64,000 bases of DNA from Vulcanimicrobiota bacterium (GCA_050250895.1 JBFWNU010000001.1:3044891-3108890), one strand, 5' to 3'; positions 47,434 through 56,314 are shown, counted from the first letter of the stretch. Numbers and translations: made by a program. The notes: generated by a model from the sequence alone, not told the origin.

Positions 47434-48786
47434 ATGCGAGCTTTTCCCAAAGCCAAGACCAGAGCGGTGGTGATTGGAGCCGGTTTCGGCGGCCTGAGAG
47501 CTGCGCGCGAGTTGATGCGGGCTCGCCGCGACGACCTGGAGGTGGTGGTGATCGACAAGCATAACCATCACACCTTTACCCCGTTGCTCTATCAGGTGGC
47601 CACCAGCGGCCTGAGCCCCTCGGACATTTGCTTTCCCATCCGCGAGCTGGCCCGCGGACGCCGGGATGTCGAAGTGGTGATGGCCCGCCTGAGCGCGGTC
47701 GACTATGGCCAGCGCCGCCTGGTTCTTGACGATGGTCAACTGACCCTCGACTACGATTATCTGGTATTGGCCCTGGGGGGCAAGACGTCTTATTTTGGCC
47801 AGGACCAGTGGCGGGACCGGACTTTCGCTCTCAAGAGCGTGCCTGAGGCCGAGGCTTTGCGCGACCGAATTCTCTCGGCCTTCGAGCAGGCCGAGCAGCA
47901 CGACGACCCCGAGCAGCGAGCTCGTTTGCTGACCTTCGTCATTATCGGCGGGGGGCCGACCGGCGTCGAACTGGCCGGAGCCATCGCCGAGTTGCGCAGC
48001 CGGGTGCTCGATGACCAGTTTCGACGGTTTGACAGCGAGCAGGCCCGAGTGGTTTTGCTCGAAGGCGGCCAGCGCCTGCTCAAGTCGATGTCAGAGCGGG
48101 CCGGCAACTACGCCAGAGAGCGACTGCGGGCCATGGGAGTCGAGGTCCACCTGGGCGAACTCGCCCAGGAGGTAAGTCCCGGCCAGGTGGTCACGGCCGA
48201 GCGACGACTCGAGGCCGCCACCGTCATCTGGGCGGCCGGGGTGGGAGGCTGCGAGCTGGCGCCGCGCCTGGCCAGCGAGGATCAGCGAGACCGAGGGGAT
48301 CGCGTCAAGGTCGAGAGCGACTTGCGCCTGACCGGCCACAGCCGAGTCTATTGCGTTGGTGACATGGCCCATTTTGAGCACGATTGCACCTATGACGGCA
48401 AGCAGCTGCCCGGCCTGGCTCCGGTCGCCATGCAACAGGGCCGGCACGCGGCCCGCAACATCCTGCGCCAGCTCGATGGCCAGCCCACGCGCGACTTTCA
48501 CTATATCGACAAAGGCTCGATGGCCACGGTGGGACGCACCGCCGCCGCCGCCGATCTGCCGTCGGGCCGCAATCTGAGCGGTCCAGCCGCGTGGCTGGCC
48601 TGGCTCGGGGTCCACCTCTATTATCTGGCCGGCCTGCAGAATCGGGTGGTCGTGTCGATCCGATGGCTGTGGGCGTATCTCACCTGGCGCTGGGGCTCGA
48701 GGCTGATTCGGGCTTCCCAGGTTAGCCCCGCCCGTGGTCCTTCCCCCGGTGAATTGCCCAGCGAGCGGTCGGCCGCTGGCTTGTGA
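47434..48786 (+). CDS. ndh: Type II NADH dehydrogenase
   Basis: VVIGAGFGG, FTPLLYQVAT, IIGGGPTGVELAG, LAPVAMQQG, DKGSMATVGR. Confidence 0.93.
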   Translation: MRAFPKAKTRAVVIGAGFGGLRAARELMRARRDDLEVVVIDKHNHHTFTPLLYQVATSGLSPSDICFPIRELARGRRDVEVVMARLSAVDYGQRRLVLDDGQLTLDYDYLVLALGGKTSYFGQDQWRDRTFALKSVPEAEALRDRILSAFEQAEQHDDPEQRARLLTFVIIGGGPTGVELAGAIAELRSRVLDDQFRRFDSEQARVVLLEGGQRLLKSMSERAGNYARERLRAMGVEVHLGELAQEVSPGQVVTAERRLEAATVIWAAGVGGCELAPRLASEDQRDRGDRVKVESDLRLTGHSRVYCVGDMAHFEHDCTYDGKQLPGLAPVAMQQGRHAARNILRQLDGQPTRDFHYIDKGSMATVGRTAAAADLPSGRNLSGPAAWLAWLGVHLYYLAGLQNRVVVSIRWLWAYLTWRWGSRLIRASQVSPARGPSPGELPSERSAAGL

Positions 48787-48836
48787 CGATTTTTTGACGC
48801 AGCTTTGGCACAGTATGTCCAACGGAGGATTACCAA

Positions 48837-49151
48837 ATGAACATCAACGCATTCAAAGCTTTTCAATCGATCACGAATTCGCGAGCAGCCACCACGCCGG
48901 CCACTCCCGCAGAGCCTCAGGCCAACGCCCAGCCTCAGGATGGTTTCACCCCCAGCGAGCCCCAGGAGAAAGAGACCTTGCTTGGTCGCACCCTGAAAGG
49001 CGCTTGCATCGGTGGAGCCGTCGGCCTGATCGCGCCGGGTATCATCGTGCCGTTGGTTGGCTTTGCGGCTTCCCCCATCACCGGTCCGCTTGGCTTCGTG
49101 CTCGGCGCCTACGCCGGAGCCGTCAGCTACGAGCGCGGCGGGGCCGAATAG
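48837..49151 (+). CDS. Small glycine-zipper protein with low-complexity leader
   Basis: GGAGG RBS; MNINAF...PQDGFTPS leader, then GxxxG helices. Confidence 0.75.
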   Translation: MNINAFKAFQSITNSRAATTPATPAEPQANAQPQDGFTPSEPQEKETLLGRTLKGACIGGAVGLIAPGIIVPLVGFAASPITGPLGFVLGAYAGAVSYERGGAE

Positions 49152-49169
49152 CCCGAACCGAGTCTTGTG

Positions 49170-49204
49170 AAAAAGACCGCTCTTGAGAAGAGCGGTCTTT
49201 TTTT
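49170..49204. terminator. Bidirectional Rho-independent terminator
   Basis: AAAAAGACCGCTCTT-GAG-AAGAGCGGTCTTTTTTT between convergent genes. Confidence 0.9.
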
Positions 49205-49652
49205 ATTGCTCGAGCTCGAAGCGAACCACCCGAAAGACTCCGATCAGGTCGGTCCATTCAGCCTGACGGCTGCCGAACACGGCCATCAACATCCTGGTGG
49301 CCCAGGGATGGCGCCGAGCGTAGTCGTCAAGCTCGGCTCGTCCCTCGCTTGGTCCGAGCAGTTCGGCTCGGGCCCGATGTTTGCGACCTCCCACCTGGAT
49401 CAGTACCTCAGGAGCAGCCTCGATATTGCGATACCAGTCGGCCTTGACTCCAAAACCCGACACCACCACATAGACCCCCGGTGCGTGACGCACCACCTCG
49501 AGCACGACCTGGCGCAACTTGCCGCTCTCGCGCCCGCGGTGGTGTAGCAGCAAGAAGCGCTTTCCGAGCAGCCAGCCCAGGCCCCAGCGGTAGAACAAGA
49601 TGGGCAGACGGGCCAGCCAGCGCAGCACCCCACGAGGCGGTGAAAGACTCAT
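49203..49652 (-). CDS. Deazaflavin-dependent nitroreductase (DDN)-family protein
   Basis: LLLHHRGRESGKLR, ADWYRNI..P.V. Confidence 0.85.
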   Translation of the reverse strand: MSLSPPRGVLRWLARLPILFYRWGLGWLLGKRFLLLHHRGRESGKLRQVVLEVVRHAPGVYVVVSGFGVKADWYRNIEAAPEVLIQVGGRKHRARAELLGPSEGRAELDDYARRHPWATRMLMAVFGSRQAEWTDLIGVFRVVRFELEQ

Positions 49653-50077
49653 TGGCGCGAGGTAGCCACCACTTCGGCGTGCAAGTGAATCGGACAACGG
49701 ATGGAATGGGCCACCAGACATCCTTTCTCGGCTCGCTCCATCAATGCTTGCATTTCGGCGGGATCGCCCTCGATGACCGCCCTGGGATAGAGGTCGACCT
49801 GGGTGAAGCGCATCTGCCCGTCTACTCGCTCGAGTACGCCGTCGGCTTTGCTTTCATACTCGACCAGCCGGACGTTCGAGCGTTTGAGTTCGAACACCAG
49901 GGTCAAGAAGAAGCACGTCTCGACGGCGCTGACGAAGAAATCTTCGGGGCTGAACATCCCTTCGGGACCCTTGAAAACGGGAGGGGGAGCCACTTCCAAC
50001 GCCGGTCGTCCTTCCAGGGCGACCTCGCCAAGATTGGACTCTTTCCAGCGATAATTGGTTTTGAAGTGAAGTTTCAT
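49649..50077 (-). CDS. OsmC family protein
   Basis: PPVFKG..SPEDFFVSAVETC...AEKGCLVAHS. Confidence 0.88.
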   Translation of the reverse strand: MKLHFKTNYRWKESNLGEVALEGRPALEVAPPPVFKGPEGMFSPEDFFVSAVETCFFLTLVFELKRSNVRLVEYESKADGVLERVDGQMRFTQVDLYPRAVIEGDPAEMQALMERAEKGCLVAHSIRCPIHLHAEVVATSRQ

Positions 50078-50120
50078 AGTTTCAGTATATATCAATCCAG
50101 TTGCACCGGAATGATCTGAA

Positions 50121-52556
50121 TCAGTCGCCCCGGACGGCCACGGTATGCTCGCCCACGCTCAAGTGCTCATCGTCGAGTTCGAAGTCCTTGACTACATCGG
50201 GCGAGCGATTGACGGTTTGGCGAGCCAGGATGGTCTGCCAGTCGTCGAGGGCTCCCATGGGGTCGGTGGCGATCCGAGCGTCGGAAATCTCGGGAGCCAA
50301 GAGGGCTTCGACCGCGTTGCGGGGCCGGTTCATCCGGCCCAGTTCGCTAAAAGCCAGCTGGACCACGCCGGGCTGGCTTTTTCGGGAACAGGCCTGAGCG
50401 GCGGCCCGAGCCATGGCCACCAGGGCCACCGGACCCGTCTGCTGTTCGCGCGCCCTCCAGGCGGCCAGGGCCGATTTCGCGGCCGACTCGTAATCGCCGG
50501 GAAACCGCAGGCGCCCCAGCCCGGCCAAAAAGCGCGCTTCGGCCGAGTCCGGACAGGCCTCGCCCACCAGGGCCAGCAGGCCGGAGGCGCTCTTGCTGCT
50601 GGCGGCAGCGCAGGCGCCCATCAGAAAGTCCACCCGGCGGTGGGCCGGCGACGAGTCTTTGCTTGCCTCGAGAGCGGCCCGGTAGGACTTGGTAAAGGAC
50701 TCGTAGTCCCCGGGAAAACGCTGGTTCGACAGCTGCTCGACCAGCTCCGGGAAGTCTTCGGCAGCCAGCATCCCCAGACCCGTGCGAGCCACCTCCGGGG
50801 CTCTTCTGCTGCTGACGGTGTCGAGCGCCTTCAGCAGCAGGTTCGAGCCCGTCAGGCCTTCTTGATAGAGGCCCGCCAACACCGTTCGAGCGGTCTTGGG
50901 GTGACTTTCGTAGTCGCCGGGCAGCTGAACCTGGGACAGGTCGGTGAGAAACTGGAGAACGGCCGTATTTTTCGGCGTCCTTTCGATGGTAGGCAAAGTC
51001 GCCTCGAGATAGGTTCGGGCCCGCCCCTTGTTCAGGGTTTCCAGTCCACCCAACAGGGCCCGCTCGGCGGCCGGAGTGGCGGCGTCTTCCTGATTTTCAA
51101 AGCCCGCGATCATGGCGCCCAGAGTCTTGGCGAGCGACTCGTAGTCGCCCGGATAGCTCAGGGGCAGGGCAGCTTCGAGCATGGCCTGGAGTTGGGGGTT
51201 GGCGTCGGGATTGGCCCGATCGAGTTCCAGCACCGTGGCCAGGACCTGGGCCTGTTCGCCTTTGCGCACGCTGTGGGCGGCCTGCAGACCCGCCTGCCAG
51301 AGGCTGACGTCTGGCTGGCAAAGGGCCTGCAGAGTTCTGCCGAGACTGCAGTAGTCACCCTGGTGGGGCACTCGAGCCAGGCTGCGGGCGGCTTTTGCCA
51401 GGGGATCATCCAGTCCCTCGGTCAGGGCCTCGATGACCTTCTTCTGGTCGGCTTTGCGCACCCTGGCCGCAGCTCCGGCCAGCCTGCTCAGAAAGTCTTG
51501 CTCCATCAAACTCTGGCTGGTCTGGAGCAGGTCGAGATAGTAACGGTCCTCGAGCTTGCCCGCCAGGGAACTCAGGCGGGTGAAGAACTCGGCCTCGGGA
51601 CCCTGCAGACCTTTGCAACGCTCCTGGGTGGCCTCGGCCAGCAGGGCCTGGCGGGCCGTCGCATCGGGAAGCTGTCGCTGCAGGCTGAAGGCCAGCGTCA
51701 AGGGGTCTATCTCGGGGTTTTGCAGGGCCTGGACCAGGTTTTGAGGAGTGGCCAGAGCGTGATTTTCGAGCAGCAACAGGCTCGGCGATTTTTGCTCTTG
51801 AGGCAGCTGCGCAAAGAGTAGCGGGACCAGCTCATGGGCAGCTGGGGTGCCGGCCGCCGCCTGCAGATTGGCGGCGTCGACGGTCGGGGTCAAGACGGCC
51901 AGACTGGTCAGCATGGCGGCCGGGCGCGAGGTCTTTTCCAACAGCGGGGCCAGTAACGGTCCGACCTGGTTGTCGGCCTGCTTGAGGTCGTCGACCACCT
52001 GGGGCCGGAGGGCCGTGGCGACCGGGTCGGCCAGAGAAAATCGGGCCGCCTCGGTCAGCATGGCCTGGGCCAGGGCCACCGAGGCGGCAGGCCCGGTCAA
52101 AGCCGGGGCGCTGGCTTCGAGGGTAGCCTTGGCGGCCTGCAGGCTACCATAGGGAACCGCCAGAGCGGCGCGCTTGAGGGGGTCGGCCTGAGCCGTCTGG
52201 ACTAACTGTTGGGCCTGGGCCAGCTCGCGGCGGGCCGACTCGATGGCTGAGGGGGCGGGATAGGCGGCCGGCCGAGGGCGGCCTTTGGGGTCGAAGGCCA
52301 GCTGCTGCTGACCATCGCTGGCCCAGACCGTGTCCTGGGTGAAACCGACCCAGCCCAGGAGCCCGGCCTGCTTGGCCGTGCCCTGTTGATAGCTCTGGCC
52401 GCTATCCTGGTTGAAGACGACCAGGTCGTCGCCGCGTTGGGCCAGCCACGTGCCCGGCTCGTCGGGCACTTCGACGGCAAAAGGAAGCTGTTGCAGCCGC
52501 GGGTCGCGACTGCTCTGGCTGAGCTGGCGAAAGCGCTCGAGCGAAAGCGGGTTCAC
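50121..52556 (-). CDS. Large helical repeat protein (5 x ~70-aa PGDYES repeats) with acidic C-terminal tag
   Basis: HQGDYCS, YPGDYES, LPGDYES, FPGDYES x2; ends FELDDEHLSVGEHTVAVRGD. Confidence 0.8.
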   Translation of the reverse strand: MNPLSLERFRQLSQSSRDPRLQQLPFAVEVPDEPGTWLAQRGDDLVVFNQDSGQSYQQGTAKQAGLLGWVGFTQDTVWASDGQQQLAFDPKGRPRPAAYPAPSAIESARRELAQAQQLVQTAQADPLKRAALAVPYGSLQAAKATLEASAPALTGPAASVALAQAMLTEAARFSLADPVATALRPQVVDDLKQADNQVGPLLAPLLEKTSRPAAMLTSLAVLTPTVDAANLQAAAGTPAAHELVPLLFAQLPQEQKSPSLLLLENHALATPQNLVQALQNPEIDPLTLAFSLQRQLPDATARQALLAEATQERCKGLQGPEAEFFTRLSSLAGKLEDRYYLDLLQTSQSLMEQDFLSRLAGAAARVRKADQKKVIEALTEGLDDPLAKAARSLARVPHQGDYCSLGRTLQALCQPDVSLWQAGLQAAHSVRKGEQAQVLATVLELDRANPDANPQLQAMLEAALPLSYPGDYESLAKTLGAMIAGFENQEDAATPAAERALLGGLETLNKGRARTYLEATLPTIERTPKNTAVLQFLTDLSQVQLPGDYESHPKTARTVLAGLYQEGLTGSNLLLKALDTVSSRRAPEVARTGLGMLAAEDFPELVEQLSNQRFPGDYESFTKSYRAALEASKDSSPAHRRVDFLMGACAAASSKSASGLLALVGEACPDSAEARFLAGLGRLRFPGDYESAAKSALAAWRAREQQTGPVALVAMARAAAQACSRKSQPGVVQLAFSELGRMNRPRNAVEALLAPEISDARIATDPMGALDDWQTILARQTVNRSPDVVKDFELDDEHLSVGEHTVAVRGD

Positions 52557-52598
52557 CCATCCAGGCTACTTCTCGCCCCTCAAAGGAAGCTGAACGGC

Positions 52599-54206
52599 CT
52601 AGGCCAGCTCGATTTCGAGGTCGCGATTGCGCATCATGCAGCGTCCCGAGCGCGCCAGCACCTTGCCGACGAACTGCTCGGGCACGTCGACCAGGGTGTA
52701 ACGCTGCTTGATCTGGATGGCTCCGACAGTGGGGCCGGGGATGCGGGCTTGCTTGGCCAGCGTGGCCACCACCTCGCCCGGACGCAACCCGTCGTTCTTG
52801 CCCACATTGAGCTTGAGCCGAACCATGCCGGCTTCGTGAGACTTCTTGGTGTGAGTTCGGAGGTGGCGGCTCGACCGCCTGGGTTCGGGCATTTTGACCT
52901 CAGAGATGGCCGCGATGGGACGCTGTTTCTCGCGCGCTCTCGAGAGTTTGAGGGCGGCCGCCGCGATCGCTTTGAGCTCGAAGCCCTCGGCCAGCAGTTC
53001 GTCGACCATCTCCAACTCGCGACGAAAGCGAGCACGCCGCACCCACATGGTGACACCCTCCATGACCTGCCGATCCCGGTGGGCCATGATCTCGTCGCGG
53101 CTGGGGACTTCGCAGCGTTGGGCTTTCTGCTTGGTGTAGCTCTCGATGCGGCGCAGCAGTCGCTCTTCGCGCGGCGTCAGCAGGGCGATGGCGATGCCGG
53201 TCCGACCGGCCCGCCCGGTGCGGCCGATGCGGTGGACGTAGCTCTCGGGCTGCTGGGGCAGATCGAAGTTGAAGACATGGGTGAGGTGGTCGATGTCGAG
53301 GCCGCGGGCCGCGATGTCGGTGGCTACCAGCACCTTGATCTTCTCGGCCTTGAAGCGTTCCAGCACCTGCTCACGCGCCTCCTGGCTGAGGTCTCCGTTA
53401 AGCACCTCGGCTGGGTAGCCGCGACTCATGAGTTCGTTGGCCAGGGTCGCCGTGCGGGCCCGGGTGCGGGCGAAGATCAGCGCGCTGGTGATGTCCTCGA
53501 CCTCGAAGATGCGGGTGAGGGCGGCCACCTTGTCCTGTTCGTTGACCACATAGCAACGTTGCTCGATGGCCGCCACCGCCGGTTGGGAAGGCGTGATCGA
53601 GACCGAGGCGGGTTGGCGCAGATAGCGACCGGCCAGCCCTCGGATCTCGTCGGGAAGGGTGGCCGAGAAGAGAGCCGTCTGGCGGTCCTGGGGCAGAGCG
53701 GCCAGAATCGTTTCGACCTCGTCGAGAAAGCCCATGCTGAGCATCTCGTCGGCCTCGTCGAGGACGACCGTTCGCACCCCCTCGAGTCGCAGTACCTGTT
53801 GCTGTAGCAGGTCCAGCAAACGACCGGGGGTGCCCACCACCACCCGGGCTCCGCGTTTGAGGGCCTTCACCTGGACCGGGTAGGGCTGACCGCCATAGAT
53901 GGTCACGGTGGGCACGTCGCCCCCCAGGGCCTCGAAGGCCTCGTTCACCTGCAAAGCAAGCTCTCGGGTCGGGGTCACCACCAGGGCCTGGACCCGGGCC
54001 ACCGCCTCGAGGCTCTGCAGGATGGGCAAAGCGAAGGCGGCCGTCTTCCCGGTGCCGGTCTGGGCTTGCCCGATGACGTCTTTTCCGGCTAGCATCAACG
54101 GGATGATGCCGGCCTGGATGGGCGTGGGTTCTTGATACTCTAGGCGCGCCACCGCCTCGATGAGGTTTGGGGCGAGGCCCAACTCTTCAAATTTCGACAA
54201 AGTCAT
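52599..54206 (-). CDS. deaD: DEAD-box RNA helicase with DbpA RNA-binding domain
   Basis: PTPIQ, AQTGTGKT, PTRELA, TPGR, DEAD, SAT, ARGLD, HRIGRTGRAG; C-terminal LNVGKNDGLRPG. Confidence 0.93.
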   Translation of the reverse strand: MTLSKFEELGLAPNLIEAVARLEYQEPTPIQAGIIPLMLAGKDVIGQAQTGTGKTAAFALPILQSLEAVARVQALVVTPTRELALQVNEAFEALGGDVPTVTIYGGQPYPVQVKALKRGARVVVGTPGRLLDLLQQQVLRLEGVRTVVLDEADEMLSMGFLDEVETILAALPQDRQTALFSATLPDEIRGLAGRYLRQPASVSITPSQPAVAAIEQRCYVVNEQDKVAALTRIFEVEDITSALIFARTRARTATLANELMSRGYPAEVLNGDLSQEAREQVLERFKAEKIKVLVATDIAARGLDIDHLTHVFNFDLPQQPESYVHRIGRTGRAGRTGIAIALLTPREERLLRRIESYTKQKAQRCEVPSRDEIMAHRDRQVMEGVTMWVRRARFRRELEMVDELLAEGFELKAIAAAALKLSRAREKQRPIAAISEVKMPEPRRSSRHLRTHTKKSHEAGMVRLKLNVGKNDGLRPGEVVATLAKQARIPGPTVGAIQIKQRYTLVDVPEQFVGKVLARSGRCMMRNRDLEIELA

Positions 54207-54216
54207 AACCTTTCCT

Positions 54217-54249
54217 AAAAGAGAGAACCCGGGATGGACCCCCGGGTTC
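54217..54249 (-). terminator. Rho-independent terminator just upstream of deaD
   Basis: GAACCCGGG-N7-CCCGGGTTC followed by TCTCTTTT on the minus strand. Confidence 0.65.
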
Positions 54250-54274
54250 CCCATTCGCCTGACGGCTCTCTGAT

Positions 54275-54751
54275 CTAGTTGACCAGTTCGAGCCCACGGT
54301 TAGAGAGCAGATAGCCGCTGTACGAGGCGGCCGCCCCCATGGCGGCGGCCGGCAAGAAGCCTGTATAGGTCAGTCCGGCCATCGTGCCGGCGGCGGCTCC
54401 GACCACTCCTGCGCCGACGGCCAGATAGGTCGAGTAGCTCAGGTTCTCGTTGCCGAGCACCCGGTCAAGCACGCGTCCAGCTACCATGCCGGCTGCGGCT
54501 CCGACGATTCCGCCTGCCATGGCGCCGGCTCCGGCCGCGGCCAGGCCATCGGCGGCTCCTGCATAGACACCGGCCCCCAGACCTGTCAGGATCCCGACCT
54601 GGCGCCAGACGAACCGCTGGGTGGCCTGGATCGAGTGGCAGTCACAGTTGGCCTCTTCAGCCTGCGGCTGGGGCGTCTCTTCGGCAGCAGCCTTGACGGC
54701 AGGGGGCGTGGAGGTGAGCGTGGGCGTAGCACGGTAGGCTGAAATCAGCAT
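54275..54751 (-). CDS. Glycine-zipper protein with low-complexity leader
   Basis: GAGGAG RBS; MLISAYRATPTLTSTPPAV leader; Gly/Ala-rich helices. Confidence 0.75.
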   Translation of the reverse strand: MLISAYRATPTLTSTPPAVKAAAEETPQPQAEEANCDCHSIQATQRFVWRQVGILTGLGAGVYAGAADGLAAAGAGAMAGGIVGAAAGMVAGRVLDRVLGNENLSYSTYLAVGAGVVGAAAGTMAGLTYTGFLPAAAMGAAASYSGYLLSNRGLELVN

Positions 54752-54907
54752 GGGAGTTCTCCTCTATGTTTGGGGATACCCGAACCTATTCGATCCAGGT
54801 GTCGGGTTTGTTGCCGGGGTGTTGCCGAATGGACCGACAGGGGGAGTGAAGCCTGGCGCGAACGGTGCTTCGTGCCCCTGGATTTCTTTGCCGGTCAGCG
54901 CCCCCTG

Positions 54908-55750
54908 ATGAACTGGGGAGCCCGTATTCGCCGATTTCTCGGCTCGTCGGTCTTTCGCCGGACCACCTCTTGCGTGCTGGGACTGACTGCCTACACGGCG
55001 GCTGGCAACTTTTTGCAGGATTATTATCAGAACGACATCCTGATGCCGGCCGGGGCCCAGGCCCTGTTCGGAGCCGCCCTGAGTATCTTGTTGGTCCTGC
55101 GCACCAACTCTGCTTACGACCGCTGGTGGGAGGGTCGCAAGTTGTGGGGCCAGCTCACCAACGAGTGCCGCAACCTGGCCGTCAAGCTCAAGGCCATGGC
55201 CGATGTCGAAGCGGCCGAACTGGCTCTGGCCCGCCGCTGGCTGACTGCCGTTCCGATCTGTCTGCGCGACCATCTGCGCCAGGGCGTCAGCGATGAAACT
55301 CTGAGCCGCCTGCCCGAGCCGGTGCCCCAGGGCCAGTCTCACGTGCCGGGATTCGTCAGTTCTCGTTTGTTCGCGCTGGTCCGCCGCTGGCGCGACCAGG
55401 GCAAGCTGCATCGTCTGGACCACCACCTGATCGACCGCCACATTGCGGCCCTGCTCGACATCTGCGGCGGTTGCGAGCGAATCCGCAACACACCCCTGCC
55501 GCTGTCTCATCGGGCTTTGATTCCGCAGTTGCTGGTGGTCTATCTGGTGTTGCTGCCGGTGGGCATGGATACCAACCCCTGGAACCTGGCTCTGGTGGCC
55601 GGGGTGGGCTACTTCCTGATCGGGCTGGAACTGGTGGCCGAAGATATCGAAGAGCCTTTCGGCCTGGATCTCGACGACCTTCCGCTGGACCGCCTCTGCG
55701 ACAATATCGGTCGCTTCGCCAGCGAGACCCTGCCCGAACACGAGGCGTAG
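54908..55750 (+). CDS. Bestrophin-family (YneE-like) ion channel
   Basis: LRTNSAYDRWWEGRKLWG, CERIRNTPLP, IEEPFG..DDLPL; start uncertain. Confidence 0.92.
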   Translation: MNWGARIRRFLGSSVFRRTTSCVLGLTAYTAAGNFLQDYYQNDILMPAGAQALFGAALSILLVLRTNSAYDRWWEGRKLWGQLTNECRNLAVKLKAMADVEAAELALARRWLTAVPICLRDHLRQGVSDETLSRLPEPVPQGQSHVPGFVSSRLFALVRRWRDQGKLHRLDHHLIDRHIAALLDICGGCERIRNTPLPLSHRALIPQLLVVYLVLLPVGMDTNPWNLALVAGVGYFLIGLELVAEDIEEPFGLDLDDLPLDRLCDNIGRFASETLPEHEA

Positions 55751-55835
55751 TTCTACTACCGGCGCGAAGGGTAGCTTCCAGATTAGCTCGCCTCCCCGGC
55801 TTGTGGGAAGATAGGTGCGTAGAGGAGGCAAGCCG

Positions 55836-56261
55836 ATGAAACCCCGTAGTATCGCCCTGGTTTGTAATCTCAAAGATGACGAGCAGCCTCGCGCCACGCG
55901 TCTGTTAAGCTGGCTGGCCAGCCAGGAAGAGGTGGGCCAGATTCTCTTCATCGTCGACGAATCCCAATGCACGGCCGCCAATCTGGATGTCGATGTCGTC
56001 CTCTTTCAAGTGGGCAGCCGTCAGCAAGCGGTAGTGGCTGCCTTCGACCGCACCCGCCAAACCGACAACGTGCTGGCCTCTGGCCCCTGGTGTGAGCACT
56101 TCCGGGCCATCGCCCGGAGAGGTCTCGACAATGTTCCGCTCAGCGACGCCGCCCGCCTGGGTCGCCGGCTGAAGGGGAGGGCCGAAGCGCCCTGGCATCT
56201 GACCGTGGTGCCCGACGCCCTGAGCCAAGAGGCCCACCTCGAGGCGCTCTTTGTGGCCTGA
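55836..56261 (+). CDS. Hypothetical protein
   Basis: GAGGAGG RBS before ATG 55836. Confidence 0.6.
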   Translation: MKPRSIALVCNLKDDEQPRATRLLSWLASQEEVGQILFIVDESQCTAANLDVDVVLFQVGSRQQAVVAAFDRTRQTDNVLASGPWCEHFRAIARRGLDNVPLSDAARLGRRLKGRAEAPWHLTVVPDALSQEAHLEALFVA

Positions 56262-56314
56262 CCACGATCCCATTCGTCAGCATCTTTAGGAACCGGTCGG
56301 ATTGCCGAGGAGCA

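Noticed and set aside
50145-53807. Long plus-strand ORFs 50145-51821 and 52386-53807
   Set aside because: Antisense shadows of the repeat protein and deaD
14340-54830. Sigma-28 promoters for the leader-bearing genes
   Set aside because: No convincing TAAA-N15-GCCGATAA found upstream; the 11-bp repeat plus TAnnnT pattern fits better
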